A DNA stretch of 58,873 bases, the filler included, from Sphacelaria rigidula (taxonomy: Eukaryota): the NCBI GenBank assembly GCA_964200075.2. It is 5 parts of 5 records of this genome, joined end to end, with 100 filler letters (N's around TTAATTAATTAA, not from the genome) between each part and the next. Parts side by side here need not be neighbours in the genome. Positions count along the whole stretch, not along the records: positions 47,180 to 58,873 come from CAXNAA020004619.1; 4 more parts are not named here. One strand, 5' to 3'. Position numbers and translations under genes: made by a program. The notes under the pieces were generated by a model that was given only the letters and a program-made list of their open reading frames with translations, searched no databases and was not told where the DNA came from. Shown one piece after another: positions 48,800 to 58,873 of this stretch (the first letter of the stretch is position 1; every line of letters starts with the position of its first letter).

Positions 48800-50440
48800 T
48801 ACTATCTGCAGCACAGGGCTAGAATGTCACACATCATCAGATGGCCCTGCTTCGCGTTGTGGCGGTTGTACCCATCTATCCGTCGGGGTGGTTAGAGGGT
48901 CGCCGCTGTTGACCTTCGCAAGTAGAACGGATTATACCATTTCAGCACACCGCATTGTGGAAGCGAGCATGAAGAAGCCTCTGCCTACGAATGAGATGCA
49001 CTGCTCACACAACGTCGCAACAACACATGAGGAACGGATAGACGATGCTTCCAAGTTACCTCATGGTTAGTGCCTTTTCTTCCGGGATGTAGTCTAGAAC
49101 GGACACTTTCTACCATAGCAACCCCCCCAAAAGTGCCTGGTTTGAGTACGCAAAATCCTCACGTAAATCGAAATGAAAAAAAATGAGCACAACGAGCAGC
49201 TGGAATTTCCAACGCTTGGGTTCGTTCTCGCCAATGTCGCCCGTAGGAGGCGCTTCATGCAGCCTTAGCTCAAACACCGGGCTTTGTATGACTATTTTTT
49301 TCGTGACATTTTGGGCTGGTTTTGGGGGGTGGAGTATCGTAGAAAGTGACAACGGTAAACTAACTACTGCCATCTTCGTTTCAGGACGGTATTGATGCGT
49401 GCCAAACACCCCACTGCACCCTCAACATCATGGTGAAGCGAACACGCGGTTCTGTTGGTTTTTGTTGAGTCGACACAGTGCACTTGGCAGAATGCTGGAA
49501 GGGTTTTCACCGCAAGATGAGATAGATCCGTACGCCAAATGCCTGCCTTCAAATATGTCCGGGTAGTATGTGTTCCAATGCGTCATCTCATTCCCTTGTC
49601 GATGGCTTTTGCGTAGGGTAGTATCTCCTGCCGCACGTGAAGTCGTTAGAATGCCCTTCCTTTTTGGACAAAGGGAATCTTGATTACGTATCCCCCACTC
49701 TCCCTAAATCAAGGCTTTTCATGTGACCGCCATGCCTTCACGTATCACATGACGATCCTCGAGTTGAATGTTGGGATTGATGAGCTCACACGCCCACGTC
49801 TGAGTCGGGCACAAGTCTTACATGACCATCTTCAAAGCGGACGACAAAAGTGGAAATCTTACATTGTCATCTTCGAACCAGACATAACTCGTAGATGGTC
49901 ATATTCTAACTCGGTGCAGGAACATATACGCGGGAGAAAGATTTGCAACTTTTGTTGTATGGAACGTCTTCCCAACAATGCATCACGGTCGCGGGGTCGG
50001 CTCGTCTGAGGGATATAAACCAAGCATGAGGATGGCGTGGATGCCTCAGCTACAGTAAAACGCTCGAGACAAAACAATCCCCCCACGTACCCTCACGGTG
50101 CCCTTTTTGTCAAACAAGCGCTACGAAGGGTTCGAGCAACAAGCAGGCGTGCGTTGTCTACACTGACTAGAACATGTGTGTTAAAAGGATGGCGATTGGC
50201 GTCTTCGAAATGCCGTTTTTTCGTTGCAGTTCCATTGAGGTGTTGTTTTCATTTGCCGAACGAACTTCGTACTTCATCTGTGCCAAACGCAAAGTCTGAT
50301 CTGGGGTGCAGATATTACCTCCCCAACGGGGGTGCTTACGATGCTTCAGCTCTGTTTGCTGAGAAAGGCATAGTCATGGAGATTGCCATTGAAAAGCCAC
50401 ATCCGAGCCATACTTACCCACAATTTTCAGAATGAAATGA
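48800..50440 (-). pseudogene. Unidentified degenerate coding relic, copy 3
   Basis: WGGNICTP, GIWRT, EGAVG, SLSTILH, VTKKIVIQ, ELRLHEAP, ENEPKR...LLVVL...DFAYS and MR*LGSIVYP. Confidence 0.6.
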
Positions 50441-50442
50441 CT

Positions 50443-50565
50443 AATATCTTGGGAATATCGTGGGAATATCATGGGTCGAGATATTGTTGGAATATTGTTG
50501 GAATTTTGTTGAAATATTGTTGAAATATTGTTGAAATATTGTTGAAATGTTGTTGGAATATTGTG
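50443..50565. repeat. 11-bp minisatellite (AATATTGTTG[G/A])n
   Basis: About 10 degenerate units. Confidence 0.9.
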
Positions 50566-51613
50566 ATGTATGCTTTTTTTATTTGTCTGCTACCTTTAGA
50601 ATTTTTCCGTTCAATCGCCTACTACCTACCACAACCACGATGGACTCTCGGGAAATCCTCTGTCAGGGGAAGGGAATTTTGGGCCGTTTCTTCCACGAAA
50701 AAGCCACCTCTAATCCTCATTGAAAGCAGCAACTTTGGTTCGAACACGTTTGGTACCAAGGCGCTTTCATTTGTACTGCTTGGAGCCGTTTTCACCCAAA
50801 TACAAGAGCACCACGAGTGTGTTAGATGGTCTATCACACCTATGCGCCCATGTCTTTGGTGAAATCAAGCACCCCTTTCCTATCGTAGGATCGCTCTCTC
50901 CCGTGCACACACCCCCACGTCGTAAACGGGGCGCCGAAGTATAATCGACCCGCCGATACTCCATGGCGGTGGAGATAGCGCTGGTCATTTCGCCAGGCAA
51001 CTCAAGGGTGCCAGAGGGCATTCTAGCTCCGCTCACCGAGACCTGCGGTGTTGGTCCCAAGTACCCGATAACACTATGCAAAAACTGCAAAGTTCGGACA
51101 TACGAGGCCGGGGAGCTCGACCTCTCCAATTAACATCGGAGTGGGCGGCCGTTGCTTCGTACTCCAACGAAGACCGCGGCGCCCCGGGCGGTCAATAAGC
51201 AAAATTGATCATTTGTTTTCACATAACCCCCCCCCCCTCCCTCCCCCCGCCCCCTCACTCTGAACTCTGGGTTGGCGTCGAATCGCATCGGCGCTGTAAA
51301 ACAATTCACGAGGACCTAGACATAAAATGTACAGACTGTCACCGTACCTATACCACAAACCGCCACTAGACGAAACAAAGTCTCGGGTCGACAGACAGAA
51401 TAGGCGTGCAAAAATCTAAACAACCGATTTTGTTTCCCCCCAGAAACACACAAGATGGATATAGACATGATATAAAAAAAGCTGGCCTTTATTTCTTTCT
51501 TTAACTCCTTCCTTTTCCTTATTCTCTGTGCTTTTCCCCTTCCTTTTCGCCTTTTTCTTCTTATTTTTCCTCTTTCTCTACGTTGTTTTCGTTGGGGTTG
51601 GGGGTCTTCTCCG

Positions 51614-51940
51614 CTACCATAACATAGCCCAGACATAGGCATGAAATAAAGAAGCTAACCATCCTTTTTCTCCATCTACCATAACACAGCCCAGACATAG
51701 ACATGAAATGAAGAAGCTAACCATCCTTTTTCTTTAAGCTACCATAACACAGCCCGGACATAGACATGGAATAGAGAAGCTAACCCTGCTTAAAGCTACC
51801 ATAACACAGCCCGGACATAGACATGGAATAGAGAAGCTAACCCTGCTTAAAGCTACCATAACACAGCCCGGACATCGACATGAAATGAAGCAGCTAACGA
51901 TCAGTTTTCCTCAACCTACCATGATACAGCCCGGATATAA
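51614..51940 (+). repeat. Tandem array of 57-63 bp units (5 full + 1 partial)
   Basis: CTACCATAACACAGCCC(A/G)GACATAGACATG...AAGCTAAC units start at 51614, 51676, 51739, 51796, 51853 and 51916. Confidence 0.95.
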
Positions 51941-52859
51941 CAGAGATTCTTAGACGGGAAATAACAGAGATTCTTCCCCCCATGTTGGTAGGACAAGAAT
52001 GAAATCAAAACCTAGACATGTAAGTAATAGCGTGAAGGTTGACCACCTTACATGCAAATCGAGATTACAAAATACAAAACAAGTACGGATAGGGCACGGT
52101 CCTCACCCGCTCCACGTTCAATTCACATGGACGTTGGGGTCTCGTGGTGAGATACCCGCAAATCCTTCCTGGTTTCCATGGGGCGGTGGAAATCTGGTCA
52201 GCCATTTTCCTGAATTTCCGAAGTTAGGTGCAGAAGGCGCTTGATGAAGGGAAGGGGTGGATAGTGCATGACATTAACGTCAAGACCTACCGTATTGATC
52301 AAACGAACACCTTACCGATGACCGACCACATGATCTACGACAACGAGCACCAAGAGCTAGGTAGACTTCCTGAGATCTTGAAGGATAGAAGCTGGTACAA
52401 AGTGTGGGGGAATCGTTGGCCAAGCTTCCGTCAGCGAAGGTCTACTCGGAAGCACCAGTGGGTTGGCGACTCTTGGTGAACCGTACACGGCGTGGGAAGA
52501 AGTGATGCACGGGACATCCCGATGTGAGTAAGGCCTCGTGTTATTCAAGCCGCCCTTGAACCTTGCGGGGTTGAAATGACCTCCCTGGAGGAAAGTAATC
52601 AGTACAGCAGCGGGGTAAGAAAATAGACGATACGATCGCGGGATGCTTGGATGATTTATCATGAAGATCGTCTGGCACAAACGTGGGGTACTTGTGTCAA
52701 AGGTGTTAAAATTGGATTCAGGCTACGAACCCATGTTGGAGGCATTATTTGGTGTCGGTGAGTCAGCAAAAGAACTGAGGAAGAAATTGAAAGGCAACAG
52801 ACCCCAACAAGTATTAGGATCGGGATATCCCAGTACCTTGACTATACCCCTCCAATACG

Positions 52860-53515
52860 TTTGAAACGAACAAGCTGGAGATTCTCTCGAAGGAGATCGG
52901 GAAAGAGACGGTAAGGAAGGGAGGATGAAGGGAGAGTGGTCGGGTAAGGTGTTAGTAGTGCTGGTATTCGGAGTACGTAGCGACATGACGAGAATGGAGT
53001 TGAAAAATAAATGCGATGAGAATGGACTATACTGTTTGGCAAGAGGAAAAACAGAAAGGGAGGGAGAAGACTCCCGAGTCAAGCTAAAACAGAGCGCGAG
53101 GAAGGAGTAGGGAAGGATAGCGACAAGCAAGGTATCGGCATGGGTTCGAAGGGTAGGATGGAGGGCATACATTCGTGATGGAACAGCAAGCCTAAGACGT
53201 AGTCCACGAGAAAATGGAGGGAAAGAGAAGTAGGAACAAGTGAGTGCCCGGAAGGGGATGGGGAGGCGACGAAGCAGCCCGAGGCAAATAGACAAAGAGC
53301 AAACCGGACGCGGCTAGAAGAATCAAGCAAAGGAGAATAGAAATAGAAACGACGGAACGAGGAACATAGATAGAAGAAGAACGAATAATGATTCGGGAAG
53401 GAAAATAAGAGTAGGATCGTGGAACGTGTGTGGCGTTGCCACAGACAAGTGCAAAAGAATGAAGATAGCCCAACAACGAAGTATCGTGATCTAGATATAG
53501 TAGAAATCCAAGAGT
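52860..53515 (+). pseudogene. LINE ORF1-like / N-terminal region, degenerate
   Basis: Purine-rich, basic frame KGEWSGKVLVVLVFGVRSDMTRMELKNKC...VSAWVRRVGWRAYIR lying upstream of LINE ORF2 pieces; assignment is by position only. Confidence 0.5.
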
Positions 53516-53652
53516 CATGAACAGCCGATCATCGACAGCGAGGATGAAGCTTTTCATTGAGGATGAGAGCCTGGAAAACTGAAATCTTCGTATCCACATC
53601 GACCCTTCGAAATATGGTTCCATTTCTTCACCTACGGGTAGCTATTGACAAC
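53162..53652 (+). repeat. Direct duplication of about 490 bp (second copy 55516-56006)
   Basis: Near-identical sequence from agggcat(a/g)cattcgtgatggaacagcaa to attgacaac. Confidence 0.92.
53522..53652 (+). mobile_element. Family-A MITE left-arm fragment
   Basis: cagccgatcatcga...cttcgaaatatggttccatt...gctattgacaac. Confidence 0.8.
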
Positions 53653-53664
53653 AGAGCAGTAAAA

Positions 53665-54733
53665 CCCTACGACCATCTTATTTACTTCCTTTCAACTTTA
53701 GTGTATTCCTCCCATCCTGCCGTAGTTTTACTCGATATATATATATCGCGTGGTCCTCTCTCCTTACTCTTATAGCCTCTTTTACTTCCTCATCCCACCA
53801 TTTTACTGTTCTGTTGCGTACGATCAGTTTCCTCCCTATGACTTTAGTCGCTGTATTCTTGATCAAGTGCTCCCATCCTTCTACAATCTTTGCTCCTGCC
53901 CGATTTCTTTCCCTTTCGGTATCAACTGTCCCTACTCGTTCCAACAGCTTGGGAATATTCACTGCATTCTTTGCCACATCTTCTTGGAACTCTTGCTGTT
54001 TTTCTTCCATATCTAGTTTATCCATTCTTCATCTGTAGAACTTCCTACCCCGCCTATTTCTTCTAGCTCTCGTCTGTCGGATTTCTGTCCATATTAGGCA
54101 ATGATCTATCTGTAGTTCCCACGTTCTCCGCGCATACATGTACTTCCATTTCTTTGCTATTTTCATGCTCTACCACTATGTAGTCAAGAACAGAGTGTTG
54201 TCTCACGTCTTTGCATCTTCTAGTTAATGTTCACTGCGCCTCTGGCTTTTGTGCTCTATCGTACCACGTCTTCATCTCGTTATTCTCGAGGAACTTCAGC
54301 ATACCTACCCCATTTGTGTTCTTCATATCTTCCCCGTATTGCCTAATGATATCATCCGGTCGACCTGTTTTTCTTACCCTTGCATTGATGTCTCCCACTA
54401 ACAATACCTCTCCTTGCCTTTTATATTTATGTACATCTGCTGCCATCTCTCCAAATCTCCGCTGTATATCGTTCACCCTACTCTTCGATTCTGGGGGCAT
54501 GTGAATGTTCCCTCCGAATAAGTCCCTCGTTCTCCGCGCTCCTGGTACCCCTATCAATATCCTTTAGTCAGATTTCGTGCCGTCGATCACTTCTTTAATG
54601 CCACACAGTTATTCCTTTACTAAGAATCCTACTAACCCCACTCGCCCACTTTTGGGATCCTGTCCCTTCCGCTTTTTCCCTATCCATGCGTACTCTTCAA
54701 CTTTGCATCCTATTTCCGCCCCCCCTCTCTCCC
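53665..54733 (-). pseudogene. LINE APE endonuclease and linker, inverted relative to the RT
   Basis: GNIHMPPES, VLLVGDINAR, NTNGVGMLKFL, SVLDYIVV, and KWWDEEVKEAIR. Confidence 0.9.
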
Positions 54734-54738
54734 ATTAA

Positions 54739-54876
54739 CAGCCGGTCATCGAAATTGAGGATGGAGCTTTTCATTGAGGATGAGAACCCGTAGGATTAAA
54801 ATCTTCTTATCCACACCAGATCTTCGAAATATGGTTCCATTCCTTCACCTCCTGGTAGTTATCGACAAGTACTGCG
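54739..54876 (+). mobile_element. Family-A MITE left-arm fragment
   Basis: ttaa|cagccggtcatcgaaa...cttcgaaatatggttccatt. Confidence 0.8.
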
Positions 54877-55876
54877 CATCTATAGTATAGTCTCAGCTGC
54901 AGTGCCGCTGCCAGTAGAAAAGTCGGCCATCGCAGCTAGGTTACCGCACACACAAGTACAGATACCATCACCAGCAACGAGTAGCCTTCATCTAGCAGCG
55001 ACCTACTGGTATAAGCAGCACAAGTAGGGAGAAGTAGGCAAGAACTAGGGCGCTTCGCAGAGGACCGATTGACTTTGCCACCCGCCGCCCCGTCGCTCAA
55101 GAAAGGGTGGAACCAGGGTGCAAAAAGTGGATAGGTGACTGTGCGGAGTAGCACTACCGTAACAGTAGGGGGAGAGGTGGATAGTTCCGCAGGGGATAGT
55201 AATAACATAGATATTAATAGTATGTGGTGGTTGATGGGTTGATGGGGACAAAAAATGCACCGAGGGCATACCGCATTGAGTTCGATTTGTTTTGGTTGCA
55301 GGTATTTTAATTTGTGGTAATGCTAGTGGGACACTGCCGTACGTAAAAACGGGACAACACATGATACCAGCATGCTTAAGCCGAAGCAAAATGTAGCGTT
55401 CAGTATGAAAGCGGTGTTTGCGGAGGCGTGTACGAATCCTGACGATGTGGGACGTACGTACAGAAAAACGGTACGTTGTCTGTCCTTGTTTCTCAGCTTA
55501 TATAATCTTTCGACAAGGGCATGCATTCGTGATGGAACAGCAATCCTAAGATGTAGTCCACGAGAAAATGCAGGGAAAGAGAAGTAGGAACAAGTGAGTG
55601 CCCGGAAGGGAAAGGGGAGGCGACGAAGCAGCCCGAGGCAAATGGACAAAGAGCAAACCGGACGCGGCTAGAAGAATCAAGCAAAGGAGAATAGAAATAA
55701 AAACGACGGGACGAGGAACGTAGAGAGAAGAAGAACGGATAATGATTCGGGAAGGAAGTTAAGAGTAGGATCGTGGAACGTGTGTGGCGTTGCCACAGAC
55801 AAGCGCAAAAGAATGAAGATAGCCCAACAACTAAGTAACCGTGATCTAGATATAGTAGAAATCCAAGAGTCATGAA

Positions 55877-56096
55877 CAGCCGATCATCGAAAGCGAGAAT
55901 GAAGCTTTTCATTGAGGATGAGAGCCTGGAAAACTGAAATCTTCGTATCCACACCGACCCTTCGAAATATGGTTCCATTTCTTCACCTACGGGTAGCCAT
56001 TGACAACTGCTACACGCCCTGCAATTTTGGATTCCGATAACCGAAATGTTGGGATCCTAAGTGGGAAACCAATTTCGGGGAATTTCGGCGATCCGA
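55877..56096 (+). mobile_element. Family-A MITE left half
   Basis: Same left arm, continuing into the central spacer. Confidence 0.8.
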
Positions 56097-56099
56097 CTA

Positions 56100-56512
56100 C
56101 TACGGAAACTGATAGTATGCAACAGAGCAGTAAAATGGTGGGATGAGGAAGTAAAAGAGGCTATAAGAGTAAGGAGAGAGGACCACGCGATATATATATC
56201 GAGTAAAACTACGGCAGGATGAGAGGAATATACTACAGTTAAAAAGAAGGGAGTATGGGAAGATGTAGTGAAAAAAACAAATCAACATTTTGATGGCGGG
56301 TTGAAACAGATGTGGGTAGGGATAAAAGGATTGCGGGAAACTAGGCAGGAAATATGGACAAGGGGATATTCGCACTCCGGGCACAGAATGGTGCAATGGT
56401 CAGTAGTTCGAAGGGGAAGAGAAAAGTGCTGGTCGAGCACTACCGTAAACTCGGAACACCAAAAACTAGCACGAAGTTCCGAAAAAGAGTTCAACACGAG
56501 GGCAGAGGCAAA
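56100..56512 (+). pseudogene. LINE ORF2 linker fragment
   Basis: RAVKWWDEEVKEAIRVRRE...KQMWVGIKG...VLVEHYRKLG; resumes at about 57952 after the nested insertions. Confidence 0.85.
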
Positions 56513-57948
56513 TGTGTGTTGCCGTCCCATCTATTCTGGACGCCGGTCTACACCTTTCGGTATATAGAGGCGGCCCAGCCGGGGTCACACAGGAGAAATG
56601 TCAGCCCAGGAGTTTTTTCTAGAGATGTGCTCCGCTCCGTCCACCTCGGATATCCGCTGTGTTTGATTTCAATTCTAATCCGCTCCGTTTGAACAATAAA
56701 TCCGCGGATAAATCCGTTTATCATCCGGATAACGTGTGACGTGGGAAATTCAAAATCCGGCCACTCCTGCAGCTCACAATCTGGATCAAGGCATCCCGCA
56801 AGCCCCACCGAGCCTCAACTCTGGACATGTGCTCCGCTCCGTCCACTCCCGATATCCGCTCCGTTTGACTCCAATCCTAATTCGTCCCGTTTGAAAACAA
56901 AATCAGCGTTTTGTTTTCTCATGACATTGCGAGGGAATCTGCTCTGTCCATCAGCATCAACGAGAACCCGCCCAAGTGATGGGCGCTGAACGCGCACAAG
57001 TACCCACTCATTGCGCATGTCGCTCGGGACGCCCTGGCTGTTCCGGCATCGTCAGGCCCCTCAGAGCGAACATCCTTGCAGACGGGACATATTTTGACGC
57101 AACGAAGAAACAGATTGGAGCCGTAACAGCTTCTTGGGTAGCGGCCGAGAAGTTTACTCGATCAGCCCGTGACTGAAAATAATCCGGCATAGTCGTTGCC
57201 ACCAGTACTCGGTCTTGAGATCGAAAATTGTGTCTTCGCGGGAAGAGATGGAACAGCCGATGCAGCTGATCATGAAGCACGTTACACGCGTGCTGTGGTT
57301 TGTAGTGGTCCTTCGAAACTTGGGTGTCGTGGTCGGACTTGGTTTCTCCGGTTCGCTATATAAAATGCGTTCATTCTTGCACATCGCTGGCACAATTCGG
57401 GGATAACGACGACAATATTTTTCGCTTCAATCTTCATTTGATTTGTGCATCTGACTCGTGACACGTGATCCAAGGCTCCACTACTGTACCCCTTCCAGAC
57501 ATGCGCAACATGCACGTGGGGAGACTTGAGAAGTATTCATCGCTCGTTTTCCTCGAAATCCGTCTGCAAACTGGATATCCAGATACCCGGATACCCCGAT
57601 ATCCACCACTTTTTTCACTCTGCGGACTGATCCGGATAAGGTTGCCGAAAATCCTGAATCCGCTCCGCTTAAAACATCTGAACGGAGCTCATCTCTAGTT
57701 TTTTTTTCTTGATTGTTTTGCCCCTCCACCTTCCTTTTGCGGTGCTGGCCTTTCGTTTTTATCGAGAGAGAGGTTGAGCAGTCAATTTTCCTCGTCGACC
57801 ATTACGTCGAATTTTGTGTAGCCACGATATAGTCGCTCTCCACTTTTGGGCATTGTGTGAGAACAATCCCAGATCGCACCGAGATTCGAACCCACGACCC
57901 AACCGTCAGGAGATTTCGAGGTTACCAACTGAGCCACCGGGGCGATCG
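56513..57948 (-). mobile_element. tRNA-derived SINE inserted in the LINE and interrupted by the hAT
   Basis: Minus-strand head CGATCGCCCCGGTGGCTCAGTTGG (A box)...GGTTCGAATCTC (B box); the body matches 37795-38020 and the tail ends in a CA-rich run at 56513. Confidence 0.85.
56620..57697 (+). mobile_element. Non-autonomous hAT DNA transposon (1078 bp)
   Basis: TIRs TAGAGATGTGCTCCGCTC / GAACGGAGCTCATCTCTA; 8-bp TSD gttttttc / gttttttt; many subterminal (A)TCCG motifs; hATC dimerisation remnant NPPK*WALNAHKYPLIAHVARDALAVPASSGPSER...RRNRL at about 56962-57125. Confidence 0.92.
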
Positions 57949-57951
57949 TTA

Positions 57952-58873
57952 GTAGAGACGTCAAAACGGGAGGATAGAGGCTCGAAATAATTGCAGAGAG
58001 AAATGATCGGAGATGAAGTAAAAGAGTGCGTAGCAAAAGTCAAGAGGAAAAAGTGAGCAGGGGCAAACGAGAAAGTGGATACATTCACACAGTACGGGGG
58101 AGAGGGAATGATTTCCATGATGGCTATGCTGTATGAATGGGTCTGGGAAAATGAGTACACACCCAAGAGGTGGAGGAAAGAAGCAGTCGTCAACCTTATA
58201 GAAAAAGCAGACAAGGCTGACCCAAGAAGCTGTAGAGGAATAACGCTACTAAGCACGGCAGGGAACACGTTCTGTAAGATTCTGAACGATAGAGTAGGGA
58301 CGATGCTAGAAAAGGAAGACAAAATCAGCGAGGGGCAATAAATCAGGTTCCACACCAAACCGCAGTTGCGTAGACCATGTGTACACACTAAGTAAGGTTA
58401 TTCAGGGTAGGAAAGACGCCGGCCTGACAACGTACTGTTTCTTTCTGGACGTGCAAAAGGCTTATGACACAGTATGGAGAAATGGGTTGTAGAAGAAGTT
58501 GTGGGAAGCTGGGATCAGAGGAAAGATGTGGAGAATGGTGAAGAAAATGACAGAATGTGCCAAAATTTCCATGATGCTAGACGAGGAAATATCGAATAAA
58601 CTTCATATCTACAAGGACCTGCACAAGGATGTACGTCATCACCCACTTGATTCAAGGTTTTGTTATTGACATCAAATTAGCGATAGAAGCAGCAGAGCAA
58701 GGAATCAAGGCTAGTGAAGGTAGGGTATCAGGATTGATGTTTGCCGATTTTGTGGGGGATACCAGGAACAACAGAAGGATAACAGGAACAGATAGGCAAG
58801 GCGCTAGAATACACTAGGAAGTGGAGAGTGACAGCGAACGTCAACAAATGCGCGGTACTCGTCTGTAACGAAG
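57952..58873 (+). pseudogene. LINE reverse transcriptase, degenerate, cut by window end
   Basis: PKRWRKEAVVNL, SCRGITLLS, FFLDVQKAYDTVWR, QGCTSSP, GLMFAD; stops and frameshifts present. Confidence 0.93.

Noticed and set aside
51614-51940. CRISPR-like array
   Set aside because: The variable parts are only about 11-17 nt and related or identical to each other, there are no cas genes, and the context is eukaryotic; it is a tandem repeat.
57868-57948. tRNA genes here and at 6631-6700 and 4255-4332
   Set aside because: A and B boxes are present but there is no closable acceptor stem or anticodon arm, and they are attached to repeat bodies; these are SINE heads.

Overview
This is eukaryotic, repeat-rich DNA of about 50% GC with spliceosomal GT-AG introns. 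A brown alga or other stramenopile is my best guess from style only and is not proven. The window is not contiguous: it is five unrelated contigs (1-11697, 11798-23491, 23592-35285, 35386-47079, 47180-58873; lengths 11697, 11694, 11694, 11694, 11694) joined by identical 100-bp N44-TTAATTAATTAA-N44 spacers. The only intact host gene I can build is a minus-strand KAP-family P-loop NTPase in contig 2, with 10 phase-compatible exons and 441 stop-free codons; its 3' end is missing and the ORF track shows it only in fragments. The rest is mobile DNA: a degenerate RTE-type LINE, a degenerate Ty1/copia element with 3' LTR, a rearranged APE-RT LINE with a hAT inside a SINE inside it, an intron-containing hAT transposase relic, tRNA-derived SINEs and many MITEs (Stowaway-, Tourist-, piggyBac-like and unclassified). 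Two unidentified multi-copy coding relics recur across independent contigs and may represent an unclassified abundant element. All coordinates and alignments were read by eye.
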